From Camelus dromedarius (lineage: Eukaryota): a DNA stretch of 64,000 nt. Positions within the stretch are counted from its first letter, which is position 1. Every line of letters begins with the position of its first letter. The notes beneath the pieces were generated by a model, which was not told where the DNA came from, ran no database searches, and saw only the letters and a list, made by a program, of their open reading frames with translations. A program made the translations under genes and the position numbers. The stretch covers positions 59,150,001 to 59,214,000 of the forward strand of contig NC_087436.1 in assembly GCF_036321535.1 (NCBI RefSeq), read 5' to 3'. Shown one piece after another: positions 12,345 to 25,799 of the stretch.

Positions 12345-13492
12345 GCATAAACCAAAATGCTTCTTTAAATCATACAGATAAAAGTGACCAATGCAGTACC
12401 TCTAAAAATAATCATACAAATAAACTGCTATCCTTTTAAAAAGATCATTTACAGCCACTAGAAGGTGAAATTAAGCTTTTATAACTTCTATTTTATTTTC
12501 TAAACACATATAATACTTATTATATGCCAGACATTCTTCTGGGCCCTTACAATTAATTTTTAAAATATTAGCTCATTTCCTAACCCAATTCAAAGTACTA
12601 ATAAACATTGGCAGCATTTATAAACATAAATATTGCTCAATAACAGCAATAAAAAACCATACAGTATGGGGCATACAATTCAAAGGCTTCTTGTTTTAAA
12701 AATAACTTTTCATCCACATGGAGTTAATAGACTGTCATAAACTACTTAAAAAGCAAATGCCTTTTTTGATTTCAGTAACCTTTTTCTGAATAACCACCAC
12801 TGAAGTGTCAGTATAAATTCAAACACAATTTATTAAAAAAACCTGTCCTTTTCCTGTCATCACTGAGGAAAAGGATTTCTAAAGCAGTTATAAATACCAG
12901 GACATTTTTCTGCACAAGAGTTGGCACATTACTGCATCTGTTGGTATCCTTAGATTTGGAATCTGTTTTCAGTGATAAGGAAGAGTTTTGTTACAGGTCT
13001 AGAAATACTCTCTCACAGAAGGATTGTATACAGAAGTCGTTACTGCTCTGCAAGCAGGAAGCCTTGTAATAAGTTGAAGTAATAACCAAAAAGAAACATT
13101 CAAAGGTTCTGGCAGACAAGACCTATTTTTTTTCAGATTGCACAAATTACCAAGAGGAAATTGTCTGGAGTTAAATTACTTCTTCTGGCTCAACCTCACT
13201 CCTGAATTCTTTAGGGGCAGTAAATCCTCCTGGTAGGCGTTTAGGATTCAACCAGGGATAGAGGACATGCACAAGATAAGCAAGGTGAATGTGAACAAGG
13301 TCAGCTAAAGGCCGAGTTCCCAAGAGAGAAAGGCCAAGGCATCTCCCTCTCCTCATGAGAAAAGTGAAAGCTCACAACAGTTTCCCACAAGCCTCTAGAC
13401 ATAAGGTTGACTGATCTGTATAACTAGAGAAAATGAACTCCGAAAAGAATGAAATTCCGAGGAGCAATAATGAGTTATCTTTAAAACTAAAA

Positions 13493-13498
<6 letters not shown>

Positions 13499-13528
<30 letters not shown>
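13499..13528 (+). repeat. (TG)15 microsatellite
   Basis: Direct reading. Confidence 0.97.
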
Positions 13529-13532
<4 letters not shown>

Positions 13533-16500
13533 GTAACCCACTCAGGATAATTCTAGTTCTCTTTAGTTAAAATTTGATAAAAATGAGAATTGCAGGCAAT
13601 CACTGCTTATAATAGCAATAAGGGTATATGACTAAGGACTCAATTCAAGAGAAACCTAAGAACGTACAATTCTGCACAACTGATATTCCAGAAAAGTGTG
13701 ATTTCTAAATACAAACGGTGAGAATTTAAGCTAAGTTTGTAAGTCTAAAGGAAATGGGTAGGTAATAATTTTTATGAGTTTGCACAGGAATGCACAATAA
13801 TGGACAATTGTTGTGGTCTACTACAACAACAACATGAAAAATGAGTCTCTTGTCTGGACAGCCAGATGCCCAATATCTAGCACATAGTGGTGCAGTGTTT
13901 CTTGAATGAAAGTAGTATCCAAAAAAATTCACAAAAAATCCTTTTATTCACATAATGTCTTTTGCATGAATAATTCAAAGGCTTTATAGCCAATTGCTGT
14001 AGATTTACAAGTTGGAAGTATTTCTTGTCTCCAACAATAGATTTTTAATCTAGCCTATTGTTTATGCCTCTTGTTTTCTGCTGGGAGACTTCTAAAAGTA
14101 AGACATAATTTACCTAACCTATAAGATAACATGAGAAAGGGAGTAAAATAAAAATACAGCAATTTTACACTGCTCACTTGTTTTATATCAGTATAACGTA
14201 AGGCAAGTTATTTTTAGGAGTAAGTTTGACTCACTGTGTAAAGGCAAGATGTAATTAAATATATGGTACAATTTAGGGGATACTACAAATATACAAACTC
14301 ATCTGTCATATACTTTATTATAGGTGGCTTTCACATAAAATATAATTTATCCTTGTAAATGTACATTAAAATTATTTTCAAGTAACTCAATTCCATTTTA
14401 CAAATAGAAAACTGAGGCTCTTAATAATAATTAGCTTACTGAAGAGGACTCAGTAAAATAAGGTCTTTGAATTCCAAGTCATGTATTCTGTGATTTCTCT
14501 TCATCTGTCAAAAAAGTAAGTACCATTCCTGAACAGTTTGTTGATACTAAAATCTCACCTTTGTGTCAATCCCTTTAGGTTTATGAGATATTCTTTGCTT
14601 ATTAATTCTGAATTTAGTTTATTATATAACATATACCCAAGCTTCATGCAGAACTTGCTTCTAGATAACTTGAAGTATAACACTGTTTGTTATTAGTCAT
14701 TTAAACCTTGGTCTGAATCAGATTATCCCTGAAGAAAGGGGCTTGAAAGAAATCATGGGAAGGGGAGGTATCTAGAAGTTATAAATAATATGTAGGTAGA
14801 TAAGAATGATGTTGAAAAAGGGAAACAGAATGTAGACGAATAGTATACCTCACTCCTGCTCCCGTCCCTGGCCCTGGCCTGTATAAGCACCAAAGTATTT
14901 ATAGAGTGAAATAACCATTGGCCCAATGTTACTGGATCACTTGAAGTGTCTTTCTGGATTCACTGGTTCATTTTTTGCAATATTTTTTCATTGTTTAAGT
15001 TTAAATATTTTAGTTTAGTTATATATACCCAGATTTAAAAATACATATTCCAGATGTACTTCAAATGTGATTTTTAGGTTACTAGCCATTTTATATTCGC
15101 TTTGGTTATGTTTTCCAACAGACACATGAACAATTTAAGGTAGACTGAATATCATTTAAGAAAATTCAGGGGACATGTTCAGGACAGAAATAGGATAAAT
15201 AACAAAACTTCCTTTTTATACTTGGTGGTTTGGTGACATAATACTATTTAAAAGTCCTTGAAAGAATTTACAATATCAAAATAATATTATAAGCATGTAT
15301 GGAAATATGAAGTATGCAGAGTGCTTTGGAATTTGTGATGAAGTAAGTTATTTTTATCTGATTTTCTGAAATGCTTTCATATAGTATAAATAAAGAGTAA
15401 GACAGCAGGAAATGAATTCTGGTATGGAAATGTTTGGTCAGGATATCATTACCTATAAGTTAGAACCAATTTTTAAAAGAAGCATGGAATTTCAAAAATA
15501 CATTCTTTCACTGTGTAAAGAGTTGAGCCTTGGAGATGAGGTTTATTTAATAATAGCAAATTTTTTCAAATAACTAACCATCTTTTCCTACTTAGGATAA
15601 GTTTATGGGTGTTAGAAACACGATAGAGTGTAAAAAATTCTAAGGCTATGTTTTTCTTTTGAGAAGCTGCTTTATCAACACAAATCATTTTCTTTATAAA
15701 CTCAGAGTAGCCTCAAAAAGTCTGCTAACAAAGAGAAAACAGATGGGCCACCAGCTTTAAAGTTGGTCATCCATAAAAGGATATAAAATTGATTTTTAAA
15801 TAGAAAAAAAATCAATGAAGCACAAAATATAATGAGAGTGAGATGAAACATACAAATCGCTGTAATCTAAAAATTATTTTATTTTCATTTTTATTAATGT
15901 CATGTTTATCATTTTATTAATTTCAAATATCATAACCTCTTGCCCATTGAAAATATATTTTCATTTTGATCTAATAATAATAGTTCAAGAAGCAGTAGAG
16001 ACTGAAAGTTAATGTAGTTTAATCCCTTGACTTTATAAGGAAACTGTGGTTAGAGTTAATAAGTGACTTACTTGCCCAAGATTATAAAATTGTTAGTAGC
16101 AGTTAACAACCAATTTCAGATTTCCCAAACCATTTTTAACATTTCCATTTGGAGCCCATCAAGTTTCATTTTAATGCATAGATACATGATACACATTTTA
16201 TGTTTGAAAAACAAGGTCAAAAGGATTCATATTAGAATATTTAATTATATGTTCCAGCCATCATGCTATATTTTAATAGCACCCCTGAACTGTGGATATA
16301 TAGATAGGGATGTGTCTGTTAAGTCTGTGGCATAAAAAAAGATGGATAAGTAGAAAAAATCTTTGAGTCGTACAAGGAATGGTATTTTGTGCTAAAGAAG
16401 GAGAAATGAAGATCAAGAGGTAACCATGTGATGGTGGAGATTATATATGCATGCACTGATCTTTGCAAGCTGTGTTCTGCTACAATAGGCTACAGTAGGT

Positions 16501-16587
16501 TATATGGTAACAGGATGTTGGCTCAGTGCAGGTCTATCTGCCTTACTCAGACTAAAGTCATCTTGAGGCAAAAAGAATAGCTTTCTC

Positions 16588-18283
16588 CATACAGAAAATC
16601 TGAAATTGTGTTTGGTACTTTCCTCTTTCTGTAATTCAATCCATCACTATTTTACAGTGATTCTACCATCATTCTGCTCATTTCTCTCCATCTCCATCCC
16701 TCTACTTCAAGACACCATCACATTCTGGCAGGGTTACTGTACCTTCACACACATACTAGAAAAAGTTATAGAAATCTTTTTAAAATGCAAATCTAATAAT
16801 GCAATTGGCTTCCTTATTTTCCTTAAATATTTCCCTACTGAAATTCAAAAAGATATGTAGATCAATACAAAAGTAATGACACTGAGTTATCTAACCCTAC
16901 TTTATTCCTGAGACAATTTTTCCCCTTTATCTTTGGGTTTTTAGCAGCATTCGTCACCTTCAAGTTTTTTAATGGTGAAAATATCTTTCCTTCCTCAGGT
17001 CCCTCATTTTTTATCCTCTGCTGGAATATTTTGCCCTTCATTTTTGCCTGACAGCTGTTAACTCAGTACCCAGGTCATCCTTAAGAACATTGTCACACTC
17101 CACAATTTTAAACAAGTTATAGTATTTTCATAATCTCAGTGTAAACACATGATAATATTCCTTTAAAGTAGTTGTCCTAATATATGTATACACACATATA
17201 TTATACATTTATTTGTTTGATGCCTGTCACCCATTTAGACTAAGTTTTGTGGACGTAAGAACTGGTCACATTGTTCATAGCTGTTTTCTCAGCATCTAGT
17301 CTAGTCTATGATATAAAGTGTTTGATAAACATTAAAAATAGGTGGGAAAAAAGGGATTGGGTGAAATGAGGGAGAGAAAATTTAGAGATATGTTCTCAAC
17401 TGAATTCTCCAAAATAAATAGAATTTTAATTACTGCAAAGTCAGGAAGGCATCTCTGGCATTATGAATTAGGAATAGGTACATATTTGCAAGGCCTACTT
17501 AGGAACTTATTGTTTTCTTGCCAAGTTGGGGCAGTAAGTTCACAGAGAAATGGAATGAGACTATTATACATGTAACTTGTCTGCGTTTGCCTGCTAATTT
17601 AAGAAGTTTATAATTTTAAATCAAATGAAGATCTATTGAAAGTTTATGAAAAGGTAAATGACATGACAAGGTATTTTAGGAAGGTTAATTGGATAATTAA
17701 AAATTAATCAGTCCAAGGTGAAACTGTCTCCAATAAGGCAACCCAAAATGCATGTACTTGTTAGGAACTGAAGAAGGCATGTATCACAAACAGTCGTTAT
17801 GTTTAAAGTTACTAATTATCCAAAATACAAATATTTCACAGAATAGGCAAGAATAACATTTTTTAAAGCTCTGAAAAAACATGAAACCTGAAATAAGACT
17901 CACTGGTATTTATATGTAAAGTTAAAATATGATAAAACATGATGAAAAAATATGGGCCAAAATAAATTTTAATTACATGCTAAGAAATAATTATGAATGT
18001 TGAATTTATAACCTACATATTTCAGGGAAATATTTAAGGAAAATAAGGAAGCCAATGGCATTATTAGATTTGCATTTTAAAAGATTTCTATAACTTTTTC
18101 TAGTATGTGTGTGAAGGTACAGAAGAAGGTAAAGTAACCCTGTCAGGAGGTGGTGGTGTCTTGAAGGAGAGGGATGGAAATGGAGAGAAATGAGCAGAAT
18201 GATGGTAGAATCACTGTAAAATAGTGATGGACTGAATGACAGAAAGAGGAAAGTACCAAGCACAATTTCAGATTTTCTGTATG
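16588..18283. repeat. Inverted duplication: arms 16588-16836 and 18024-18283, ~1.19-kb spacer
   Basis: The reverse complement of 18024-18283 aligns to 16588-16836 with about 10 substitutions, one 12-nt indel and one 1-nt indel. ORF-track peptides from both arms share KCKSNNAIGFLIFLKYFP. Confidence 0.97.
16600..17335 (+). mobile_element. L2 LINE 3' region relic
   Basis: tttctctccatctccat...aaaatgcaaatctaat...tgcctgtcacccatttagactaag...cattgttcatagctgttttctcagcatctag resembles an L2 3' end. Confidence 0.65.
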
Positions 18284-18362
18284 ATCTCCACTCATTTGCT
18301 CATTCAACAAATACTACTGAAATTGTTAGAAACAGTAGAAAACCAGAATGATGCAAATATAA

Positions 18363-18498
18363 TGCCTCTCAGGGGACATATTTTATATTCATGGTGAGGG
18401 CAGGGGCACTATTAGTACACAGGGAGTAGAGGTCAGCCCTTCACAACAAAGAATTACCTAATCCAAAATGTCAATAGTGTCAAGGTTGAAAAACCTTG
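18363..18498 (+). mobile_element. MER20 fragment
   Basis: cacaacaaagaattacctaatccaaaatgtcaatagtgtcaaggttgaaaaaccttg matches the MER20 right end. Confidence 0.8.
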
Positions 18499-21296
18499 CC
18501 GAAGATTAAAACTGCAATTCCGTCCAGTATTTTCTTGAATGTACTCAAGAACGAAACATTTTCCTGACTCTGGCAGTTTATATAACTACAGATGTAATTT
18601 ACCAATTAAAGTTAAATCATCTCTTTGGTCTACTCCATTTGTAACCATGTCAACTGCTTATCTCACAGCCCCTCAGTCTGGTGCCTGTCAGCCTCCTGCA
18701 TGGACAACGATCCAACGTGGGATGTCATTCAGCTGCGGTAAGCAATTGCTCTTTATTTCACTCTGTTAAGCAGCACTCTTCCTTATTGATTCTGGGCTGC
18801 ACCTGAAGCATCACTACAATTTTTTTTCCCAACAACCTGAATCTGCTCCTACTGATCAAGTAATGCTGCCCTTCTGGCAAAATATGCTACACCAGCAGCA
18901 CAGAGCAAGGAGAGAGTGCACATAAAGTAAAACGCTGCCGTGGGAAAGAGACAGAGACAGCGCTTGCTCATCTGACTCCACCAGAGATGAACCCGATTGT
19001 AAAGGAACAAATCAGAAGACTTGCATTCTGTGTTTCCTTTGTCCCCTACTTATGAATACTGATTAACTTCAGCATAATTAGGTAGCTAGATGTGTTTAAG
19101 TAGCAACTCTATTAGCTTTCACACAATTGTCCAGGAGGTATGTTGGTGGCCCTTATCTGTGGAAAACTGTCCTTTGACTAACAAAAATTTTAGCTATTAA
19201 GCCATACTAGTACAGAAGCTGTTGCTCTGACATAGTTCTTAGACTGTATCCTCTCTTAGTCACGTAAAGGCTGTGTAAAGTGGTAAATTCGTTAACATCA
19301 CTGCACTTTGCCTGCCTCACGTGCAAAATGAGGATGTACGATATACATAAAAGGATGATGATGTGACTGATGAAAGATGTGAACAAATAAAAAACAAACA
19401 TCTGTAATGATGAGGATGTGAAACTCAATTGTTCGGGAGACAATTGTTCGAAGTAAGAAACAACAACACAGCCTCCCAGAGGCCCGCCAGTGAAGTACTA
19501 GAACCTTGGCTTTGCCATTCTCGCATGACTTTTCACATCGTCCCTTCATCATTTTGAAGATTCAGGTTACGTGCCTGTCTATTCACCGAAAACAACTAAT
19601 GGATACAAGACATTCAAGACCCTTCCTGGGTTTTTACTAAAACTATCTAAACTACAGGTCAGTTTTTCCAGCCACAACATCTCTCATCACACTCAGATAT
19701 CAGGCTTTCCTTAGGCCCATCTCCACTGATAGAAAGAGGTGTAACACAGAATCTTACTCGTAGAGAAGATTAAAGAATCAAATGCGTTACTTCTATGTAA
19801 TGTGCTTAGCTCAGTGCTTGGCACGTCATAAATATTAGCGTGATGGTTACTGTGTATAAGACTGTCAGTACAATAAATAGGAACATGACTTCTACAACTA
19901 GCATAAGGATGTCTAATATTTCATCACAATGAAATTTTCATAGATATGTTAAATCCTATCACTAATAATGTATAACTATGTCAAAATATGAAAGATTAAA
20001 TATGCACATTATAAAGGAAATCATTGCAGTTTTCTTCACCTTGCTTTGCAGTAACTGGCAGCAAATCATTGCTGTCCGCAAGCTGATAACTGTCTTCTTC
20101 TAATAAGGAGCTTTTCCCATTATTCCCAATGTGCAAATATATCCAGTATATTTGGCCAAAGTTGTTACTTCTAGCCTTCATCACACTACCGTGAAGCTAA
20201 GGTAAAGTGTCATTTCTCTATAAGTAAAAAGTTTTAAGAATTTTGGTTTTTTTCCTTGCCATTCGATTATAATGATGGAAGTTAAATGGTGTTGTAATTT
20301 ATGAAGGAAAAGTAAAAACAGCATTTGAAATTTTGTGACCATGAAACCACTTGCCATGGTTAAGCCTGTAGCATATGCTACATTCCATCATCTCCTGCAC
20401 TTGTGGTGTTAGTCATTGAAGAAGAAGTATTTCAGTTGTTTTACCAGTTAGTAGGACTATTTCAGCTTTAGGTAACGGAAATTTTTTCACTTCTCTTGAT
20501 GCATTTACTAGCCTTATTGCACAAGAGTTTACTAACCCCTTCTTTCTAGAAGCCACTCTGTTTTCCATGGTAATATGCCCTTTTTTTTTTTTTCCAGTTA
20601 ACATTTATTCACAATGTTGTAGTTAAATTTTGCTTGTTGCTTATGTTTTTACCCTATAATTACCATTTCATAACATGAGTTATCTAAGGGAAAGGATGGT
20701 ACTTCTTTTTTATATGTATGCCCAGCCACTAGTAGAGAGCTATGTAACCTCCATGTTCTCAGAAGAAAGATCAGAAAAGAAAAGGATGATGCAATGAAGA
20801 AAGTGTATCTTAAGGTGGGTAACCAGGCTACAGGAAACATTTTAGCTGTATCTTTAAGATTCAGCTTTTAACCATGAAACATTTAATGATTTGTCTAATG
20901 CATGTTATTCAAATCATAGATACAGATACAGATAGATGGATAGATACACATATACATATATATAGTCACCACCAATGAGTATTTCTGTAACACATAACAC
21001 ATAACAAAAGAGACTTACTTATGTTCAGGTTTCTGTTAACATACATAATTAGTGCCAGGTGCAAAATAATCAATTTTGTTAACCCAGTGAGGAACAAAAG
21101 ACATTCTATAGAGTACATGAAGAAATGAAAAATATTCCCACAATTTGGACAAATAATATTCTAAATATATTAACCACATTTTAACCCTCAGGAGATGGTG
21201 TTTCTCACAAAACTGTAGTATGGCTCAGTGGACTGATTTTAAAAATTAGTTTATATAACAACGTAAGAAGTAGTCTAACCATCTGTTTCCTGATAT

Positions 21297-21450
21297 CAGT
21301 TGTTTTCAGACTTCAGTGGGGTCAAAGAATCACCTAGGATGCTAGTTAAAATGAGAGTTTCACCTTCAGAAAATTTGAATCATTATGAAAGTCTGCTGTA
21401 TTGGGACCTAGGTTCTACATTTTAAACACAGTTTCCAGCAAGCTGATACA
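21297..21450. mobile_element. MER5-type hAT-Charlie element
   Basis: cagttgttttcagactt...agaatcacctaggatgctagttaaaatg...ctacattttaaaca. Confidence 0.65.
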
Positions 21451-21542
21451 TTTATTATATAAATATTTTCTGAGTATTTATTATGCTTGATAAAATATTG
21501 GTGGAATTTTTTTCAAAAATCATATTGAAAAATAACAGTACA

Positions 21543-21845
21543 TGTCAAGAACTGTGAAGAGTTTGAGATTTTACTCAGCTTACAAGCTGACAAGTTGGCC
21601 ACCATCATTTCACGGATGCTGGCAGAGGACATCTGAGTCCAGGCTCAAGACTCTGGGACTTTATTTCTCAGGACATAGCAGGCAGGATAGGCTTTATGTG
21701 CACGTCAATTCCCTCTGCTCCCCAAGTGCGCCAGTTGATCAGGCGAAGCAGCCCAGGTGGATGCTGCACAGAGTAGATTTACATCAAAGTTGAAGAATCC
21801 CATTCTTTTAAAGGGGGCTACTATCAAATCTGTCCAACTTGCATT
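21543..21845 (-). mobile_element. ERVL-class LTR fragment (MER54/MER74/LTR53-like group)
   Basis: tgtcaagaactgtgaagagtttgagattttac...acggatgctggcagaggaca...ggactttattt; minus-strand AATAAA. Confidence 0.6.
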
Positions 21846-22789
21846 TTAAACATTAATGCATAATGTCCAATAGTTGTTTTTATTGGAAGAATCATCCACA
21901 ATTTCTAACATAGAATTTTGCCTCAGAAAAGCAAATGTGTTTACCAAAAGAAATGAATGTATATGATAAGAAGCAAAATACCAATTATTGTCTAATTCAT
22001 TTAAAGTTTTATTTTTATGGTGCAGTGATTGAGAGCTGTATATTCCTAAAGTGAAAGGCAGCAGAATCTGCTGGTTCAATTGCTGAGGGACTCTTTCAGC
22101 ATTTCAAATAAAATGTAATATTCAAATATTCTCAAGTGTCACTTAAAGAAGTGTTAGATCAGAATAAATTGAAGATGTATTCTACAGGAATCTTAGAATG
22201 TTCTTAAACGTGCCTGGATATGGGGTTTTTTTATGTTTAATTCATTTTGATAAGCTTATTGATTTACTACTATTCCTTGGAGTTAATTTTATTCCTCATG
22301 ATAAAATATAATATGCTAGAATGAATTGTGGCTTCTGAGGCATTTTTTTTCTGTGCCTTGTTGGAAAAGTTATTGAATCCACAAGATCTCTTCAAAAGGT
22401 TATTTTAGTGTGATTTAGACTTCTTGGCAGTTTTCCTATTATCTCTGGAAACAATGATCTTCCTTCTCATTATTCTTCTAAGTATTTTCAAATACCATAT
22501 ATTTCCCCCTGTGGCCCCAAAGTCTAACTTACAGCTTAGCACAGACATAGTAACTAGAGACTTGTCATAAGCCACCTGAACCTAGAGCTAACTCATACAC
22601 CTAAAATGCAAACAGGTATTCCTGGTTGGTAATCACATTAAAAAAAAGAGTGAAGACCTGGGGTAAATATCAGATTTCTATAGATCATTTGAACATGCTT
22701 TTCCAAGTCTCCTAAAGTATGTTAAAGAAGCTGTCCATTAAAGTTATCTGAAAAGTTCCAATCCAAATAGTAACATTATGACTTCTCTT

Positions 22790-25210
22790 TATCATGGGGG
22801 TTCATAAATGTTGACCTATAACTCAATCTATTTTAAAATGGTAGTCATTTAAGTCCAAACATAGTTTCAAGGTCTACATTTTTTACTCTCCCACATTTTG
22901 TTTTTGATGTCATATTTTACATCTTCATGCTTATCCCTTAACTGTTTATTGTAGTTATAGTTGCTTTTACAATTTTTATCTTTTAATGTTCATACTGTCT
23001 TAAGTGATTGATCCTCAGTCATATATATATATGCTTTTCCGAGTGTGATTTCCCCTTTCCTATAAGTTCTTACTTCTTTTCCACTTAGAGACGATTCTTT
23101 AACATTTTTTAGCGTGGGTTTAGTATTGATGAACTCTTCAGTTTTTGCTTCTCTGAGACATTCTCTCTCCTCTTCTAAATGATAATCTTGCTGGGTAGAA
23201 TATCCTAGGTTGCAGGTTATTCCTTTTCAGCACTTTGAATATATTATGCCACTCCCTTCTGGCCTGCAATGTTTCTGCACAGAAATCACTTGATAGATTT
23301 ATGGGGATACTCTTGTATATAACTTTGTTTTGCTCTTGCTGCCTTTGAAATTCTCTCTTTATCTTTAACTTTTGCCATTTTAATTATGATATGTCTTAGT
23401 GCAGGACTGTGGGCTAATCTTGTTTGGGACCTTTTGTGATTCCTGTACCAGCATATCTGTTTCCTTCTTCAGCATTGAGAAGTTTTCAGCCATAATTTCC
23501 TCAAATCCATTTTCAATCACCTTCTCTTTTCTCCTTCTTGGACCCCTATAATGTGAATATTGACATGCTTAATGTTATTTCAGAGATCTCTTAAATTGAT
23601 TTAATTTTTAATTTTTTTTTCTGTTCTGATTGGGTGATTTCCGTTATCTATCTATTCTATCTTCTGGATCACTTATGTGTTTTTTGGTGTCATTTAGTCT
23701 GATATTCATTCCTTCTAATGTGTTTTTATTTCAGCTATTGAATTCTTCATTTCTGATTGGGTCTTTATATTTTCTAGTTTCTTGTTGAAGTGTTCATTAT
23801 TACCTCAATTCTTTTCCCTAATTCAATTAACAATTTTATTAATGTTTTGACTTCTTTATCTGGTAAATTATTTGTTTCATTATTTTTTCAGAGGTTTTCT
23901 CTTGCTTGTCCAGTTGAGAACAGTTCCTGTGTCTTCTCATTTTGCTTAATTTTCTCTGTCTTTGTGAATTCAGGGGAGACAATTACCTATTGTGGTCTTC
24001 AAGCGGTGTCCTTATGTAGGGGTGTCCTTGTATAGTCTGTGTGTGTCCAGTGCTTTTGGTGGGAGAGCTGGATTTGACATGAATGCAAGTCACATTTTCC
24101 CTCAGGGTGTGCTGGCAGCTGTCACCTTGGTAGGAGACAGGGCTCTAGATGGAGAGGCTAGAGCTGGAACTGGGTGTAAGGCGGGGCTTCCCTCTTGCTC
24201 AGTGGCTATTGCCGCCCTATAGGGAATGGGGTCAGATTCAAAACTGCTGAAGCAGAAGCCATGAGGGTTGGTCCTGGGCTGGTTCTGATTGCGTCAAATG
24301 CGTGTTTTTCCCTCGGCCTACACCGGGATCCTTGCCCCAGTGGGGGGGAGTGCTGAGGCAATTGGGGCCTATGTGCAGCTTTGGATGCAAGTCCCCTTTT
24401 CCCCTCCCAGCCAATCACTGCCCCCAGCTCCACTAACCCCCCTACCTTGTCTTAGAATCACTCTGCAGGGCAGCTGGGGCCCATGTGGACTCTTGGAGTG
24501 TATCTGGGGGTGAGCTGTGGTGGAGCAGCTGATGTCAGTGATCTGAACAGCTTCTGAGGTGCTTCTTGAGGTAGCACCAACAGTGGCCACCACCCCACCA
24601 GGATCCACCCCAGGACTGGGTCACCACTGTGTCCCATGGTCTTTTTTCTGGTCATGGCCATCCCAAATTCAGTGCTGTGATGTGGAGTGAGTGGGGCTGG
24701 AGCATTAGCTCAGCTCCACCTGGCGTGCAGGGCAAGGGGGTTAGGAAGAAACCCAGCAGCCACTAGGGCAGACCTCTCTCAGCCCCACCTTGGGGGCTAG
24801 CCAGCACACCCATACTCCTCAAGAGCAGAATCCAGGCCTCCCACAGCCCTTCTATTTGCCCCAGGGTCCTCCAACCAGCCAAGGGGCCTTATCTTCTCTG
24901 CATGGCACCTCCAGACTGAGACACCCTGTCTGTGGCTTGAACTGCTCACTCCCCAGGATGGGCATCTGCCCATGTGATATCCCTTTTCCTAAGTCCTCTC
25001 CCAGGAGTACAGGTCCCAACTCAGTCATTTTTCTTCTTTTTTTCCCCAATTATGTGTGCATCTTTCTTACAGTCTTGATTGTCCAGGAGTTCCTCCTGCC
25101 GGCTTCCAGTTAGCTCTCAGTGAGAATTATTTCACATGTAGATATATTTTGATATGTTCATAGAGAGAGGTGAGCTCCATGTCCTCTTACTCCACCATCT
25201 TGATCTTCTC
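22790..25210 (-). mobile_element. LINE-1 5' portion (5'UTR, decayed ORF1, inter-ORF), no ORF2
   Basis: Minus strand begins gatcaagatggtggagtaagaggacatggagctcacctc. GC-rich 5'UTR at ~24000-25200 and ORF1-like sequence at ~23100-23950. Homologous to 50110-52160. Confidence 0.85.
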
Positions 25211-25799
25211 TCTCAATTACAACTTTTCTTATCACACCTATTAAGTTTGACTTAAGCAATTCAGCAGGCTTACTTTTGAAACCTCATTGCTGTTCTGCTG
25301 TTCTACTCCTGAACTTTTTCATGTAGACAATAACCATGTTGATAACATTATTTAATTTCCTGAATATTCATGTTGTCAAACTTTTCCTTTTTCAAATATC
25401 CAAGTAAAAACTCTTACAATGCCATTTCAAATGACAAGCATTTGCCTTTTTAAACTCATTTTATCATTATCTATCATTGTAAGCACAATCTAAAAAATTC
25501 TCGGCATGGAAAAATCCTACCATGAAAAATGACTTCAGTAAATAATGCACACTCTCAATTTTTTTCCTGACCCTCAGCATGTGGGTCTACATTGGTCTAG
25601 ACTTCACAGCTCTGAGACAGGAGTTCTTAGTTTTCATTACTCAGGTGCAGAAAGGCCATTGCCCTACTCCAGCATTTCTGGCTTAATGGTTGGATGGCAA
25701 CATCACCTTCTCAGTTGTAAAAGTCACACTGCTGAGAGTCATCATTAACTTCTCATTCCTTATCCAACACATACATTCAATTATATAATCATTATACTT

